Notes: generated from the sequence alone by a model not told the origin. A stretch of 64,000 bases of DNA from Macrostomum hystrix (GCA_950097015.1 CATNEN010000001.1:2294001-2358000); one strand, 5' to 3'. Positions 23,501 to 38,300 are shown, counted from the first letter of the stretch. Made by a program: numbers and translations.

Positions 23501-25431
23501 AGCATTATTAGGCTGCATCTCTGGCCGGGCTGTTTTAGTTGCGCGTTGGTCTGCACATCCTCCAGAATGCGGGACCTGAGTGGTAGGACGATTATAATAA
23601 TTTTATAAACAGTAGAATGATCAAGGGCTATTTCAAACAGGTCATTAAAATACAGAACATGCAGTAAAATTTTCCTCTCTATTTAATCAAGCAACTTCCA
23701 GAATCACAAAATATTGTCTCGCTGGTGCATGTGGTATGGTGGCAAAAACCACCAATAAAGCCATATTTTCTTTGTTACAATAATTTATAAATAAACTTGA
23801 AGCATTATGAAATTAAAATCTGCTAGAATTATTAAATTGGCATCTAACAATGTACTCCTTTATAGATTTAGTGTAAAGTATAAATTTGCTTGATTTTTAA
23901 GGTTATTAAATATTGTAGAAATCGAATACTAGAAACACACTAGAAATACACTAGAAACAATAGCTATCTTAGCTAGTGATCTAAAGTATTTAAGGAGTAA
24001 AATTTCTAACAATGGAATATTTTTTCATTATAATGAGGTTTTAACTCCAAACCCATTGACTATTTATAAAAAGCTGTAGAAGTTTAAAATTTATATTAAA
24101 AGATAAAAAAATAATATTTGGTAGACTATAAATACCAATATAAACAACCAATTATAAATGTAAACTAAACAAAAAATTTAACAGTACACCCATTCAAAAC
24201 AGATATCACTAATATTAAGAATATTATAATAATTTCAGTAGGGCCAAGCAATCATACTTCATTTTGTGACAAAAACTACAGCCTGTAGAAGGCAGTTCAT
24301 ACCCTTATACATGTGTGAACATCTACTTAAAAATTTTAAGGCACTTTTATCAGGAAGAAATAAAAAAGTAAGTAAGAAAATTGTAACAAAGTGTATACAT
24401 TCCTTGTGCCTATCAGTTTGGCCTTATATAGGTATAAAAAGTGCAAGCTCCCAAGCATTTTCTTAGCAACTGCACCCACAATTCAATGTGGCTTTGCCTA
24501 GGAATCAAGCTGGGAACTTTGTTATAAAAGGTAAATGTATTAGCTACTTTAGCACTTACCCCTCAAACATCACTATAGTAACCAAACTTGAATAGTGTTC
24601 GAATTAAAATTTGGGTTTTAAACCTAGTTTTATAACTAAAAATAGAACTATAAACTTAGGAACAGTATAGCTATAGCAAAAACTTTATCCTATTATTAAT
24701 AAAATAATCAACAATGCAATAGCTAGGCTTCTTAAATACATTTGTTGCTATTATCAAGCTCCTAGGTTTGCCTTATCAGCTTTGCCTTGAGTTCTTATCA
24801 GCACTAGAGCCTCACTGTGCATAAGCTGAAAACAAGAATACATTAGAAAAGCCTATTTAAAAAGTTTTTCGAATATTTAATCCCTATAGCAATGGAATTA
24901 AGCTTAATAAAAATTTGTACCAACTCAGGCCCATTTGACACATTTTGGTGAAGGAACTGTGAAAATTGGTTGAGCTATTGTAGAGAAAATCAATTACAAG
25001 CAAGCTTGCAAGATTTACATTTTTAGTATATAAGAAAAAGGTATAATAATGAAAGCTGATATAATATTTTTAACTTAAAAAAGCTAAAATTTTTAGAAAA
25101 GAAATTAGTTAGCTAAATGTATTTCAATTAATCAGCCTGTCAATAATACAATTGATAATGATTCATTAATTGAAACAGTTTCCTATAAATAGGACATACC
25201 AAAATATGGAAAACCCATTAGTCATAGTAACATGCTTATCGCCTGGACGGCTTGTGTGTGAGAAAAAATTCTTTGAATAACTGGCCAAATTAAATCTGAC
25301 ACCAAGACACTGCTAGTCAAGTCTGCAACCCAAGTTGAATCAAACAAATTCACTTTTACAAATTGTTTTTTTTATTTACACTCTTACCAAAGTTGCTTGC
25401 CATCCTCATCATCAGTGAAACCGTTCTCCAT
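20577..25431 (-). CDS. DYNC1LI: Cytoplasmic dynein 1 light intermediate chain; exons 25431-25388, 23575-23162, 22813-22398, 21262-20577
   Basis: MENGFTDDEDGKQLW|SRILEDVQT; P-loop GDIGSGKT; GHGLEY; VWILDGD; NIGLPLVVVITKAD; FDFLQYHLRKFCLKYGAALVYTS; FVPAGWDS; AEDEQVFL; C-terminal adaptor-binding helix GVLATFFNSLL. All junctions are GT-AG and in frame. Confidence 0.95.
21328..22325. repeat. Minisatellite, 22-bp unit, filling DYNC1LI intron 3
   Basis: Tandem tgaccgattctggattgaacta. Confidence 0.97.
22845..23085 (+). mobile_element. SINE family A copy (5'-truncated) in DYNC1LI intron 2
   Basis: gaggccacattaaattggggcgcagccgcgg...gcctcctcgctggctgcgggtctagtgtcacc. Confidence 0.85.
24470..24562 (-). 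mobile_element. Degenerate SINE family A head fragment
   Basis: ctgcacccac...aatgtggctttgcctaggaatcaagctgggaac resembles the reverse complement of the family A head. Confidence 0.55.
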
Positions 25432-27579
25432 TCTTTATTTTCATTTAGTGTTTAATAATTTTTGTGCAACACTTTGTTGATAATGTATTGAGTTCAAATG
25501 ATTATTAGCTTTAAAATATAGTTTCGCGGAAAAATCTATTTATTTAAAAAATTCCGTGTGAGAAGACACATTTAAACAATTAAATAAATATATTTATGCT
25601 AAAATATTACTTACTGTTCTTGCATACGTTAATAATATATTTAAAATAAAAAGTACATAAAAAATAGCGTGAACGATTTAACAAACTTTTCTGAATTACG
25701 TTTTAGTTGGGACGAACTCATAGAATAATCTTTAAAGTGCAAGAAAAAACTTGAACCCAATTGTAAGAGAGAACACGAGTAAAATACGAAAAAACTGAAA
25801 CTTTAAAAAAATTGCTGAGAAATGTACTAAAAAAGTACTGAAAGACCATGACAAGTTAATAACTCATCTTAAGTTGTCTGTCTTTAATTCTCCTGAAGTT
25901 ATGGTTTACCTTAACATTATGTTATCACGCTAATTATGCTTGTGCTATTTTCAGCGTCAGCTTAGGTGAAAAAAGACTGTGGAAAACTGTCGACTATTGC
26001 GTTGCGTGAAGGTCACAATGTCGAAGCACTGACGATCAGGCAACGACACATCCTTTAGCAGCGCTCTGAAAGTAAAGAAATTGAAAAATCAAGGACAAGG
26101 TTTTTGTGCACAATCAGTCAGTCGGGCGCTTAAATTGACGTTCTGGATAAAGTCACACATCATACCCAAGGTAAGGCTGATGGATCGTGGGCCCTCTTGC
26201 ACAGGACTTCATCGTTCTCAACCACTCGTATCACAGCCGCGAGCCTTTGGCAGTCCGTAAGACGTACTCAGAAAAGTCCCAGAATTAAAAAAATAACATC
26301 GAACCACTGAGAAAACTATTCAATGGTCTCTAAATAACCAGAAAAGCCTAGAGCAAGCCGACAAGTACACAAGTTATTATTATTTGTTGCTCAACGTCAT
26401 TTTTATAACAAAAATCTAATATTGAAATTTGTCTGAAAATACGAACTCGGTTAAACAACATGGACCAGAAAGTTAGGAAAGCAAAAATTGTGTGAAAATG
26501 ATTAAATATAGCGTACATGATAGAAAACCATACAATTAGATGAAATAAAAAAGGGTTAATAACAAACTTTATTGTAAAATGAAACAACTGGATTTGCAAC
26601 ATTTAATGTTGCCCATTAACCAACTATGCAAACTAGCAAATGAAAAGATTTAGTTAGTTTCTTAATTTTAGATAGAATGATGAAAAATTCAAATTTTAAT
26701 ATTTATTTTTTAATAGCAGAGTAAACACTTCAATGATTCAAAATGGAAGGTGCAGTGGTTACACAGCTATAGAAAGCTTATTAAAATCACGAAATCTATC
26801 TAGGGTTTGGTAAATTTAACTTTCAAATTTAAAACAAGTAAAAACAATTTGGATCTGTAACTGGCTAGATTTAGTAGAAAATTGTTGATCTATCTTTTTA
26901 TGGCATTTTATAGCAAAATATAGCCCAAAAATAGATGCGTTCTAATTTGCAACGATGTGAAAAATGTGGTTTCGTTTTTTTCGATTTGAGAAAAATACCT
27001 TGGGCCATAGACAAATCTAAGCACAATCAATCAACAATGTGACACGTGAAGACAAAAACATAAAACATATAATTGCGCGCGTGTGTGTGTGCCAAAATGT
27101 GGAAAATATTTTGTGCAGGCATTAAATCTACCTAAAGCTTATCATTTTAAATAATAATAATTAATAAGAAAAGCCTTTAACCAGTGTACACAGATAGTGC
27201 AATTAAAGAGCGGAGCGCAATAACCATCCAAAGAGAAAGTTTAGTACATTTACAGCAAATGACGCATGTATTTCAGTTTTAAATCATTTTAAATCCGCGC
27301 CAAAAAGTTTAACGAGTTCGTTATATTTTAGCGCTAATTTAAAATAAAATAATTCAAGCATAACTAATAACCCAAACAAGAAAGCACACGATCAGAGAAT
27401 AACAAGGAAATAAAATGGTGTTATAACAAGAAATAGAAACAGAATAACACAGACAAAGCTTAGTAAATAATATTGAGTGTTAAGTAAGGTAAATAAGATA
27501 TTAATAAGAGACTATAATTGATGGTCACATTCCGAGTGTCTTTCGTTGTTAATCATTATTTTGTCTAACTTCAAGCATT

Positions 27580-30500
27580 TTAGTCAGTATAGCCAAACAG
27601 ATCCGGCAGATCAACGCCAGAAAATTTAGATTCTCTGGCAGCCCAGTATTCCTTACTGAATTCCCAGGATTTATCAGTGGACAGCTGACGAAACCAGCGC
27701 GGCTGTACCGGAGTCTGACGCGAGCGCTGCTTGTTCTCTAGCCTTAGCTTCTGCGTTTCAGCGTTGTCTAAATCGCCGACTTCCAAAAGGCGCTGATCAG
27801 GCCTTTAGAAATAAGTTGTTTGATTTGAAAATGTTATTGCATAAAACACGTCTACACTACTAAGTTAGTCCAGAACCAGCAGATTTATGCTTGGAATAAA
27901 CGTTGAGAGGAAATTTAGACGATATGTAACGAAAAAGAAATAACGGGTGACTAAAATGAATTTTTTCTGACTTTTTCGAAATCTGTTTACCCGATATGTA
28001 TCGAAAAATATGAAACAAATCTTCTTACCTAAATCGCGTATCAGTGACCGGCAGCACGCTAACCAAGCAATCCTGCAGTTCATTTAGTTCGATAGCGAAC
28101 CTCGTGAAGCCGTAATAGGAAGCGCTGTGCGGCGGCAGAGCCCCAGAGCGCCAGACGCAGCGGGCCGTGTGCTCCCGGCCGGCGAATAGACTCTCACACC
28201 AGCGACCGAAAACTGCAGTCTCCGGGCCGTTGCTGCCGGCCCGACAGACGCCGGAGATTGAGCCGCCTTTGTGAAATGTGAGCCTAGCCTGGCAACCTGG
28301 CACTGGGCCCTGAAATTAGTTTATTATTGAGATTTCGAAATGCTACAGAGGGAGTCCCTGAATCCTACATTGAGATTTGCAATATGCCCAGTAAGATTTT
28401 TTTATTACAGTGGGATTTCTAAATGTTACAATTGGATGTCCAAGATGTCAAAGTGGGATTTCTTATTACAACAGTGGGATATCCAAAATGTCAAAATAGA
28501 ATTTCCTAAATACCATAGTGGTTTCCCAAACAACACAGTTGGATTTCTAAAAAAACGGAGGAATTTTTTAAATGAAGCGGTGGGATTTCCCAAAAACACA
28601 GTGGGATTTCCCAAATAACACAGTGGGATTTTCAAAAAACACAGTGAGATTTCTCAAAAACACAGTGGGATTTCCCAAAAAACTGTGGGATTTCCCAAAT
28701 AACAGTGGGATTTCCCAAATAATACAGTAAGATTTCCCAAAAAACACAGTGAGATTTCTAAAAAACACAGTGGGATTTCCTAAATAACACAGTGGGATTT
28801 CCCAAAAACACAGTGAGATTTCCCAAATAATACAGTAAGATTTCCCAAAAAAACACAGTGAGATTTCCCAAAAACACAGTGGGATTTCCTAAATAACACA
28901 GTGGGATTTCCCAAATAACACAGTGAGATTTCCCAAATAACACAGTAAGATTTCCCAAAAAACACAGTGAGATTTCTCAAAAACACAGTGGGATTTCCCA
29001 AATAACAGTGGGATTTCCCAAATAACACAGTGAGATTTCCCAAATAACACAGTAAGATTTCCCAAAAAACACAGTGAGATTTCTCAAAAACACAGTGGGA
29101 TTTCCCAAATAACAGTGGGATTTCCCAAATAACACAGTGAGATTTACCAAATAACACAGTGAGATTTACCAAATAACACAGTAAGATTTCCCAAAAACAT
29201 AGTGAGATTTCTCAAAAACACTGTGGGATTTCCCAAAAAACAGTGGGATTTCCCAAATAACACAGTGAGATTTCCCAAATAACACAGTAAGATTTCCCTA
29301 AAAAACACTGAGATTTCTCAAAAACACAGTGGGATTTCCCAAATAACACAGTTGGATTTCCCAAATAACACAGTTGGATTTCCCAAATAACACAGTTGGA
29401 TTTCCCAAATAACACAGTTGGATTTCCCAAATAACACAGTTGGATTTCCCAAATAACACAGTTGGATTTCCCAAATAACACAGTTGGATTTCCCAAATAA
29501 CACAGTTGGATTTCCCAAATAACACATATTCCAGCACATCGGCAATTAAGAAGCAGAGTCTTACCTGCACAGTGAGCTCTCCGTAATGATCAATGTAGCG
29601 ACTAGAGCTGAACAGATTATAGATACAGGTGGTGACTTTGTTCCACTGGTAAAGTTCGCCGGTTGATTTGAAGCGCAGCCGGACGGCCCCGAGAGGCTGA
29701 GCCTCCAGACTTTTGCCCCAGAATTTGTTGCGCAAGCGGCAGTCTTGCCACAGCTCCCAGGCGTCGCTGTCGCAGTGACAGGCGGCCACAGGCGGGTGAT
29801 GCGACACCTTTGAGTAGGGAGTTTTTAGTGAGGCAGAAGAAATTAAACTACTAGGGAATCGTATCTGCCTTGGTGGTTGGCCCACGAGTGCGTAAATTGC
29901 ACGAATTGTAACAAGGGATTTCCCTAATAACATTGTCATTTCTCTAATACCATTGGGATTTCCCTAATAACAGAGGGATTTCCCTAATAACAGTGGGATT
30001 TCCCTAATAACAGTGGGATTTCCCTAATAACATTGTGATTTCCCTAATAACAGTGGGATTTCCCTAATAACAGTGGGATTTCCCTAATAACAGTGGGATT
30101 TCCCTAATAGCATTGTGATTTCTCTAATAACATTGGGATTTCCCTAATAACAGTGGGATTTCCCTAATAACAATGGGATTTCCCTAATAACATTGGGATT
30201 TCCCTAAAAACAGTGGGATTTCCCTTAAAACAGTGGGATTTCCCTAATAACAGTGGGATTTCCCTAATAACAGTGGGATTTCCCTAATAACAGTGGGATT
30301 TCCCTAATAACAGTGGGATTTCCCTAATAACATTGGGATTTCCCTAATAACAGTGGGATTTCCCTAATAACAGTGGGATTTCCCTAATAACAGTGGGATT
30401 TCCCTAATAACAGTGGGATTTCAAAAGAGTAAAATGGGATCTACCCTGATTTCACAGTGGTATTTTTTAAATACCACGGCTTTGCATTAAAATGAAAATT

Positions 30501-32284
30501 GACTCGTCAAGGAATCGAGCTCAGGGAACTTTGGTGCGAAATCAGAAGTCTGAAGTTCCAAGCTCTACAATCTACAAGCAAAAAGACTACAAATTAAAAA
30601 TCAAGGATAGGGGAAGATTGTTTCGCACCTGCTCGGCAACAAATCGCCAGCCCCGGTCCTCCCTGACGCACTCGTAGGTCTCGCCTAGCAGAGGATTAAA
30701 AGGCTTCTTGGCACTGCGAGTTGCCGTACAGGCGTAGGCGGACACTGCGAATGCTACGACAAGCACTAGACGCTCCAGTGGGTCCTTGGCCTCGGCAGCC
30801 TGATCTAGGAGGCTGCTGTATTCCAGCTCTTCGCAAAGGCGTTGCAGCGCATTCAACGGCTCATTAGCGGCTATGGGCATTCTAACACTAGTCAGGTCTT
30901 TGCCAATATTGCGACAGAGAATGTTGAACAGACTCAAACTGCCCGAGTCAGGCTGCGGAACTGGCAGCACTTCGCGTCGGCCAGTGGTGGCCACAACATC
31001 AGCCAGGCCGCCGACGCTGCCGCCGCCACCGCCCACGCCTCCGCCGGCTGACTTGGCCGAACCTACGGCGCCTGTTTCGTTGGCGTTGTTTCCCGGGCCA
31101 GCGGCGGAACTAGCAGACGCCGGATTCGTGTCGTCCTCGTCTGTAAGCTCGTCTTCGGACTGGCCAAAATTTATCGGGTTGCTTTGTACTTATAGTAAAA
31201 AAAATAAAGTACTTTTTACGCGATGTATATTGATGCCATTGGGTACTTTTTGGTCAAGATGCACACGAAACTCAAGAACACGGGTCAAATTTTTGTTGCG
31301 CATCTTCTGAATCAAGAATCAAGTCGCCAGCTCTTCAGATATTCAATGATTCTGGCCGAAGGTCTGACTTTTTCCATAAGCGCCAGTGTATTTCATACAC
31401 CCCTATACACGAATTAGCACTGCGCCTCAGTGCGGCCTTGCCAGGCCTTCAAAATTCATCCAGATGTCACCCGAATGTGCCTGCATCATTTCTGACTTCG
31501 GTGGTCACCCACCTTTATCTAGACAGACTTGCTGGACCTCCAAGGGCTACAACAGGTGGAATTATGCCACTATGGAAACCCTGACGTGAATTTTATTCTC
31601 GTCGGTATGTCAGGTAACAAAACCACCAATATAGGCATAGTTTTTTCCGCTAACAAAATTTCATCATGTAACAATGTTATACACAGAGAAGTTAGCCCTC
31701 TGTAGTTTTTCCTTTACGCGAGGGTCTTCGACAAGAATGGTTGAATATCTCGACGATGCTGATGTCGGATGGCTTTGAAATTGAGTTAGTTGTAAATGGC
31801 AAATAATCCTCACCTCGCTGCTAGTCAAGTCCAGGCTGAGTCGTTCCGCGGCATCGTGATACTCAGTGATGCTGTCCCTGGACAGGGAAGAACTTATATT
31901 AGCCGCATCGGGCAGTAGGGCCTGCGGCACAGCCGACACAATCACAGCCGACAGATCCGAATGGCCGTGAATAACGCTCAGACGCTGCCTAAGATCTTGA
32001 TTCTGACGACTCAACTCTGTCACTTGAGCTGATAATTGGGCTACCTCTTCGGCTGTAACCATGGCAACAGGGGCCGCGTTGCCAGCCGAAGCCGAACCGT
32101 CGGCGCCGCCATCTACTGAGACGTCAGCGACTGTTGCAACGCTAGACTGAGCTAGCAGACGTTGCCTCTCCCCGGATAGATCCAATCCGGCCTGACGAAT
32201 TAATTCCATAGCCGAATTGGCTTTCATTAGAAACACGGCCAAAGTTTCGGCTAGATCTTTAGCTTCGAATGAGCCAGAGTTCGA

Positions 32285-32318
<34 letters not shown>

Positions 32319-35300
32319 ACCGGCGGGTCTAAAGCGGAATGACGCTGTTTAAATTTAGACGACGTAGACGATGATACAGACAATTCCTGTAGGTTGGGAT
32401 TGCTCGACGACTGTTGAAGACCGCTGCCTAGACCGACTACGCCTAGGCCCGAAGCCGATGAGGAAGATTCGCGAATGACAACACCGCCGCTAGTGCCGCC
32501 TGCGCCAACGCTTGCCGCAGCCTTGCCCTAGGAATAAGAAGGCATTGCAGTACAGGATGATTGGATTAACAGTCCTACTAATGGACGACTTTTTAGTAAC
32601 TAGCAACGTGCGACTTTAAGGGACATTTTTATTCTTGATCGTTTATCTAAAACTGGGATTTTATTCCTTAATACCAAGTTGGGAATTTCTGGTTGGCTTT
32701 TATCCTGTGCCGGGATTTTAGGATCAATCGTATATCCCAAGTGGGATTTTAGGATCAATCGTCTACCCAAAGTGGGTTTTTAAGATCAATCGTCCGTCCC
32801 AAAGTGGGATTTTAGAATCAATCGTTTACCCAAAGTGGGACTTCGGATTAATCGTCTATCCCAAGTAGGATTTTCGGATCAATTATTTATCCCAAAGTGG
32901 GATTTTAGGATCAATCGTTAACCCAAAGTGGGATTTTAGGATCAATCGTCTACCCAAAGTGGGATTTTAGGATCAATCATCTATCCCTAAGTGGGATTTT
33001 AGGATCAATCGTCTACCCAAAGTGGGATTTTAGGATCAATCGTCTACCCAAAGTGGGATTTTAGGATCAATGATCTATCCCTAAGTGGGATTTTAGGATC
33101 AATTGTCTATCCCTAAGTGGGATTTTAGGATCAATCGTCTATCCCAAAGTGGGATTTTAGGATCAATCGTCTATCCCAAAGTGGGATTTTAGGATCAATC
33201 GTCTATCCCTAAGTGGGATTTTAGGATCAATGATATATACTAAAGTAGGATTTTAGGATCAATCGTCTACCCAAAGTGGGATTTTAAGATCAATCGTCCG
33301 TCCCAAAGTGGGATTTTAGAACCAATCGTCTACCCAAAGTGGGACTTCGGATTAATCGTCTATCCCAAAGTGGGATTTTCGGATCAATTATCTATCCCAA
33401 AGTGGGATTTTAGGACCATTCGTTAACCCAAAGTAGGATTTTAGGATCAATCGTCTACCCAAAGTGGGATTTTAGGATCAATCATCCGTCCCAAAGTGGG
33501 ATTTTAAGATCAATCGTCTACCCAAAGTGGGATTTTAGGATCAATCGTCCACCCAAAGTGGGATTTTAGGATCAATCGTCCACCCAAAGTGGGATTTTCG
33601 GATCAATTATCTATCCCAAAGTGGGATTTTAGGACCATTCGTTAACCCAAAGTAGGATTTTAGGATCAATCGTCTACCCAAAGTGGGATTTTAGGATCAA
33701 TGATCTATCCCTAAGTGGGATTTTAGGATCAATCGTCTATCCCAAAGTGGGATTTTAGGATCAATGATATACACTAAAGTGGGATTTTAGGCTCAATCGT
33801 CTACCACAAAGTGGGATTTTAGAATCACATTATCTCATTTTAAATAGTATCAGTGTTCAGTAAAATTTGTCCTAAATTGATTCCCACAAATAGTGATTAC
33901 CTAGCTACAAGCTAGCTACTGTCAAGCTAGCTACTGTCAAGCTAGCTACTGTCAAGCTAGCTACAGTTTCAATAAAGCAGACTGCAGTGTCAAAAAACAA
34001 CAGCAATAATTTAAACGCAAGAGTGTTATATACAGAACTTACTAGTGTGGCGAGATAAGTATCGGATAGTATCAGAAAATAAAGAAAAATATTGCGTATT
34101 TCAAGCTAAAGCAGTGACAGTTACAATTCTGTAGCAATACAGGCTGATATAGTCTAACTGAATCTCGTAGCCTTCTTATACGTGAAGAAGCATATTTGAA
34201 CAAATATACTTAGTGTACTAGTCAATCCCAGATATATCCCTATCCTTACCTATGTTTAATTGGAACCCGTGCTCACTCACAGGTGAGCAAACTTTCAGCT
34301 CACATTGATTCGGGTAATAATTATTCCCATACAATATGAATATTATTGTTTAAAATCCGCATAGTACTACTAACAGTTTCTAGTGCCCATAGTAGCTAGT
34401 AGGTTTGTTTTGCGTAAATTGTGTGCGTCAGATAATTATAAATCATTGCAAATAAAATTTCCAGGAGCAAAACGACATGCCAGGGTGTGTATACAATGAC
34501 ACCATTCACCACACAATACACTTTTAGTAATAATAGGGGCGGAACTGCTAACCAAAGAACTCAAAGAACCAAATAATTGTTGAACATTATTTAATAAAGG
34601 GAATAATAAAACAGGAAATCTAACACTAAACAAAAGCAATCAGGATGCAGACCTGTCAATCAATCACTCATTTCAAGCCTAAGAAACGACATTTAATTTG
34701 ACACTGAACTAACAGACAGACAGACACAGACAGACAGACATAAAAAAGAGGAGAAAATCAAGGAAAGGCAAATGATGGGCAACCTTAGACTTATTAGTGA
34801 GACCCTCTGTGCTGCGTTTTCTTTTCAAATGAAAATAAGCGTGCTGTGTTCTACGCTTGCCGCTGTTGCTGTTGCTGCTGCTGCTGCTGTTGTTATTGCC
34901 ACCAATTGCACCACCGATGGACTGGGTGAGCTGCTAATTTGAAATTAAATAAAATAGAGACAAACAACGTCATTTTTTGTAATATGAGTTTGCAGCCGGC
35001 GGTCGAGAGTTCGAATTTGGAATTCAGAAAGCACAAATGATGTATCTAGATTAGGCGTTAAAAAGTAATAAAATCTAAACAATATCATTTTGGGGGGGTG
35101 AGCGGCAGAACAGTTTAAACGTCTGGACTTCTCGCCAAGGTCCCTGAGCTCGATTCCGCGTCGAGGCCACATTTATTTGGGGTGCAGCCTCGGAGATAAA
35201 GGCTTGTGGGCTTGTCGTGCAGTTTACACCCTTGAGGTCCAACCTCCAAGGCACAGTGAAATGTACACTGCCTGACGATGAGAAAGTCAGGACAGATGTA

Positions 35301-38300
35301 CACACCTGTGTGCGTGTGTGCTCAAGAATCAGCGAAATGGGCAGAATTGCCTCCTCGCTGGCTGCGGGTCTAGTGTCACCAAATGATTTGCAATTGCCCA
35401 CAGCCCTCCTGCAATTATTATTATTAATGAACAATATAATTCCACAATCATACCTTTTCATTGCTGGCAAATTTTGAGCACGAGTCTAGCATTGCTTCAA
35501 TGTCGTTAACCAAACTGCGCAACTTCTGCAGTTTGCCGCTAACTGCATCGTCGGCAGCAGCGGCTGCCGCAGCAGCAGCCGAAGCTGCAGCGCCCGTTTG
35601 ATCGCACAGTCGACGCAGAGTGGCAGCCGAGAGAGCGCCAGGAGGTACGCCTCGGGTGAGGGAACCAGTCCTAGCGATTGTCAGCGACTTCAGCTTGACG
35701 CTGTCTGCAATGGGCATCGATACATTAAAATGTTCGACTATTTATAATAAGAACGGTGCGGACGTCTTAGTACTAAACGCAGTAAACAAAAATTATGCGC
35801 GTACAAATGCACTGAGTACGCGAGTACTTATAAAGAGTACACGTGCACTTTTGTGATAAGTGCGCATGTACTGATAAAGAGTACACGTGCACTTTTGTGA
35901 TAAGTGCGCATGTACTGATAAAAAGTACACGTGTACTATTGTGATGAGCACGCGTGTACTAATGCGGTAAGTACACGTGTACATTTACGATAAGTACGAG
36001 TGTAAAATTACAAAGACTACATATGTATCATTACGATAAGGACCAGTTGCATGTTGAAAAGATAATGCCAATTCTAAATGACAAAAAGTGACTATAAAAA
36101 CGTAGAATTTTCTGGGAAATAACACATCAGAAATATTCTTATTTTACATCTATATAGAAATTTACTGTGCCAATGGATTCATATATCCCATAACTTTCAG
36201 GAGAGGCAGTCAGTCCATTATAAAAACGAAACTATTTTTCAGACGGTTCAAGCATCATTTTAAACGGAATATTTTGTGAACAAAAAAAACCAGCGTGTAA
36301 CTATTTGAATTTAATATGGCATAGTCTGCGAGCTGTGGCACATCAGTTGGTGGCACTAGACCCGCAGCCAGCGAGGAGGCAATTCTGCCCATTTCGCTGA
36401 CTCCTTGAGCACACACTCACACAGGTGTGTACATCTGCCCTGACTTTCTCATCGTCAGGCAGTGTACACTGTCTGTGCCTTGGAGGTTGGCCCTCAAGGG
36501 CGTAAATTGCACGACAAGCCCCCAAGCCTTCTCTCCGCGGCTGCGCCCCAAATGAATGTGGCCTCGCCGTAGAATCGAACTTCGGGACCTTGGTGCGAGA
36601 GGCAAACGCGATAACCGCTCTGCCACCGACCCTCTGTTTCAGAAGTGGATGAAAGATAACATAAGCATAGGAAGTGCTCATAGATAGAAAGACTAGCTAT
36701 GATGTGGAAATTTCCTTCTTAAAATTGTGAAGCGCCTAGTACTGAAGTACTTTTAGTAAAAACATGCAGTAATACTTGTTTTATATTATAATACTGAACG
36801 ACGCGGTAATCCAATTTTAATCCGATATAATCCAACGGATAAGAAATACATTAGGACTATAGTAGAACAGATTCAGTTGAGCATTGAGCACTGAGAGTGA
36901 AATGAGTAGTCTAATGAGCAGTGGTGGCGACTAGCTTAGTAAGAAGGGTGGAAAAATATACATAAGGAAAAAAATCGATAATCATTCTAGACCGTGACTA
37001 GAATGACAGCAGCACTTGTGTTTTCCTAGTAACTAAATAGCATTATCCAAACTAAATTTGTACTCAAGCATAGTAGGGTTGGTAATTTCAGTGGATATAA
37101 ATAATATGATGCATAAACTAACTATGAAATATTGCGTAGTTATAAAGTGACATCCTTTATACAGCCTAATTAACAAATAAAAATATATATGATTCCCTTT
37201 ACTTTAAAATCACACACGTTAAAGTTCATAAATACCTAAATGTTCATAAACTGCATATTATCAAGCCTACCGTTTTACCTGTTACCAAACTTTAATAATC
37301 TGCTTTCCTCTCACCTGATATCTACTTCACACATTTTGTCTACCTCTCAACTCTTATTCACCTCTCACGCGTTATTTGCTCCTTACTTCTTGTCTACCTC
37401 TCAACTCTTATCTACCTCTCACCTCTTATCTACCTCTCACCTCTTATCTACCTCTCAACTCTTGTCTACCTCTCAACTCTTATCTACCTCTCACCTCTTA
37501 TCTACCTCTCACCTCTTGTTTACCTCTCACATCTTGTCTACCTCTTACCTCTCGTCTACCTCAACACTTGTCTACCTCTCACCTCTTATCTACCTCTCAA
37601 CTCTTGTCTACCTCTCACCTCTTATCTATCTCTCACCTCTTGTCTACCTCTCACCTCTTGTCAACCTCACCTCTTATCTACCTCTCACCTCTTGTTTACC
37701 TCTAACATCTCGTCTACCTCAACTCTTGTCTACCTCTCACCTCTTATCTACCTCTCAACTCTTGTCTACCTCTCACCTCTTATCTACCTCTCACCTCTTG
37801 TCTACCTCTCACCTCTTGTCAACCTCACCTCTTATCTACCTCTCACCTCTTGTTTACCTCTAACATCTTGTCTACCTCTCAACTCTTGTCTACCTCTCAA
37901 CTCTTGTCTACCTCTCAACTCTTGTCTACCTCTCAACTCTTGTCTACCTCTCATCTCTTATCTACCTCTTACCTCTTGTCTACCTCTCACTTCTTTATAT
38001 AATATCATAACTAATAACAGAATAAAAGTACATACGAGCTAATAAATGGGCGTGACGTTGGAGAAGAATACAAAAAACAGCGCAAGACATAAATTTTAAT
38101 TTCCTCATAAATCACTGAGCCACTTCAAAGCCTCTCAAAGAGCACGAGAGAGGAAGCAAATAAAGAGACATGAAAAATGGAAACACTGTCTTGTTTTCAT
38201 TTCAAGCAATCTAGCAATCTAGCAATGCTTCAAGGAGACGGAGAAACAGGCAGGATAGACGGTAGAAAAATGATGATACGGATAAAAATTTTGCCAAATA

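Noticed and set aside
26105-26170. Box C/D snoRNA on the minus strand (atgatg...ctga)
   Set aside because: The C box is imperfect, the span is short, and no terminal stem or recognisable rRNA guide was seen.
995-33828. Tandem arrays of 20-40 bp as CRISPR arrays
   Set aside because: Units are head-to-tail with no unique spacers, there are no cas genes, and the context is eukaryotic and intron-containing.
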